Source of the DNA: Saccostrea cucullata
Lineage: Eukaryota
Direction of reading: 5' to 3'
DNA: 64,000 nucleotides
NCBI RefSeq assembly: GCF_032062105.1
Contig: NW_026940097.1
Span: forward strand, 1 to 64,000
How positions within the stretch are numbered: position 1 is the first letter of the stretch; each line of letters starts with the position of its first letter. The notes beneath the pieces were generated by a model that made no database searches, was not told where the DNA came from, and worked only from the letters and a program-made list of their open reading frames with translations. Positions 63,057-64,000 of the stretch are shown piece by piece. The translations under genes and the position numbers were made by a program.

Positions 63057-64000
63057 TATTTTATTTATGATGAGGCATTGTATATCCACAACACCATGTA
63101 CTTTTATCATTCACTAGAAAGAAACCTATTAAAAACGTACTTTTTTGGAGGGGTACATTTTTCAACCAATCGTAAAACGAAGTGGGCCTCTTTAAAATAT
63201 ATACTTGTACATGTATATATCGTGCTCGAAAACTCCAAATCTAATTTACCTGTTTGCTTCACGTTTAGACGCATGAATCTATAGAGTGTGGTCAGGGAGG
63301 TTTAATTATTTAAGTACAAATCAAGAGTAAAGTAGGCGAGGAATGAAAATTATCTTGGACCCTGTTAAAGAGTTTAGTACGTTGGTAGGAAGAACCATAG
63401 TTATAAAGTTTAGGAATTGAAGGGAAGGACACCCCAATGAGATTTTTAGATTTGGGAAAGAAAATTACAATTTTTAATTTTCCAAAAAGTTTCTCAGATG
63501 GAAGTTTTGTTTACTTATAACTATGTCTCCCTCACCTTTGAAAAGAAAACTCAAGGAACTACTCTTACGTGCAGAATAGGCTGTTAGCGTTCAAAAGAGG
63601 AGAAAAGAAGAGAACGGGGGGGGGGGGGGTAATGGCCAACTTTTTTAAAGGCAAGGTACTTTCAATTCCAATTTTTTTTCACAATTCCTGGATATAACTA
63701 TACTACGGTCAACAAGTAGGGAGGGGGCAACTATCCCTTCAATGAACATTTCCTTTAATAGAGGTAGTATTGGTGGAAAAAATAGCTATGATTTTGTTCT
63801 TCATTAAAAAGTGACATACCTCTTGCTCCCCCCCTCCATCACATCTGAAAGTGTCTGTGTGTGTGTGGGTTGGGGGGGGGGGCTAGTGCCCCCGCTGCCC
63901 CCTGTGACTACGCCTATGGAGCAAATAGTATGGCATACAAGGTACATTGTACATGTAATGGAAAAATCTGTAATTTTTCATGATGATGCATATTTTGTAT

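Overview
AT-rich, repeat-dense eukaryotic DNA. The repeat content (166-bp Cg170-like monomers inside Helentron-type elements, typical SINEs and MITEs) points to an oyster (Crassostrea/Magallana) or a close bivalve. Host genes: (1) a tandem cluster of three paralogous 3-exon genes for secreted proteins with a signal peptide, a PAN/apple-like Cys domain and an atypical C-type lectin domain (copy A partial at 13-719, copy B 9563-13381, copy C 31692-38192; exons 2 and 3 are 174 and 242 nt in all three; all introns phase 1); (2) a single-exon rhodopsin-family GPCR at 22480-23802. An apparently intact two-exon Crypton-type tyrosine recombinase (DUF3504-like) lies on the minus strand at 54037-55651. 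The rest is nested non-autonomous DNA transposons, Helentrons, SINEs and decayed Tc1/mariner transposases, with a 164-N gap. Most notable: the lectin domains share an apparently rewired inner disulfide (Cys at two canonical Trp positions, canonical Cys pair lost); A/B differences in exon 3 are almost all amino-acid changing; the last codons of lectin C are iterated as a degenerate minisatellite; and a TATGG-flanked A-B-A element is nested in a foldback element. All alignments and counts were done by eye.
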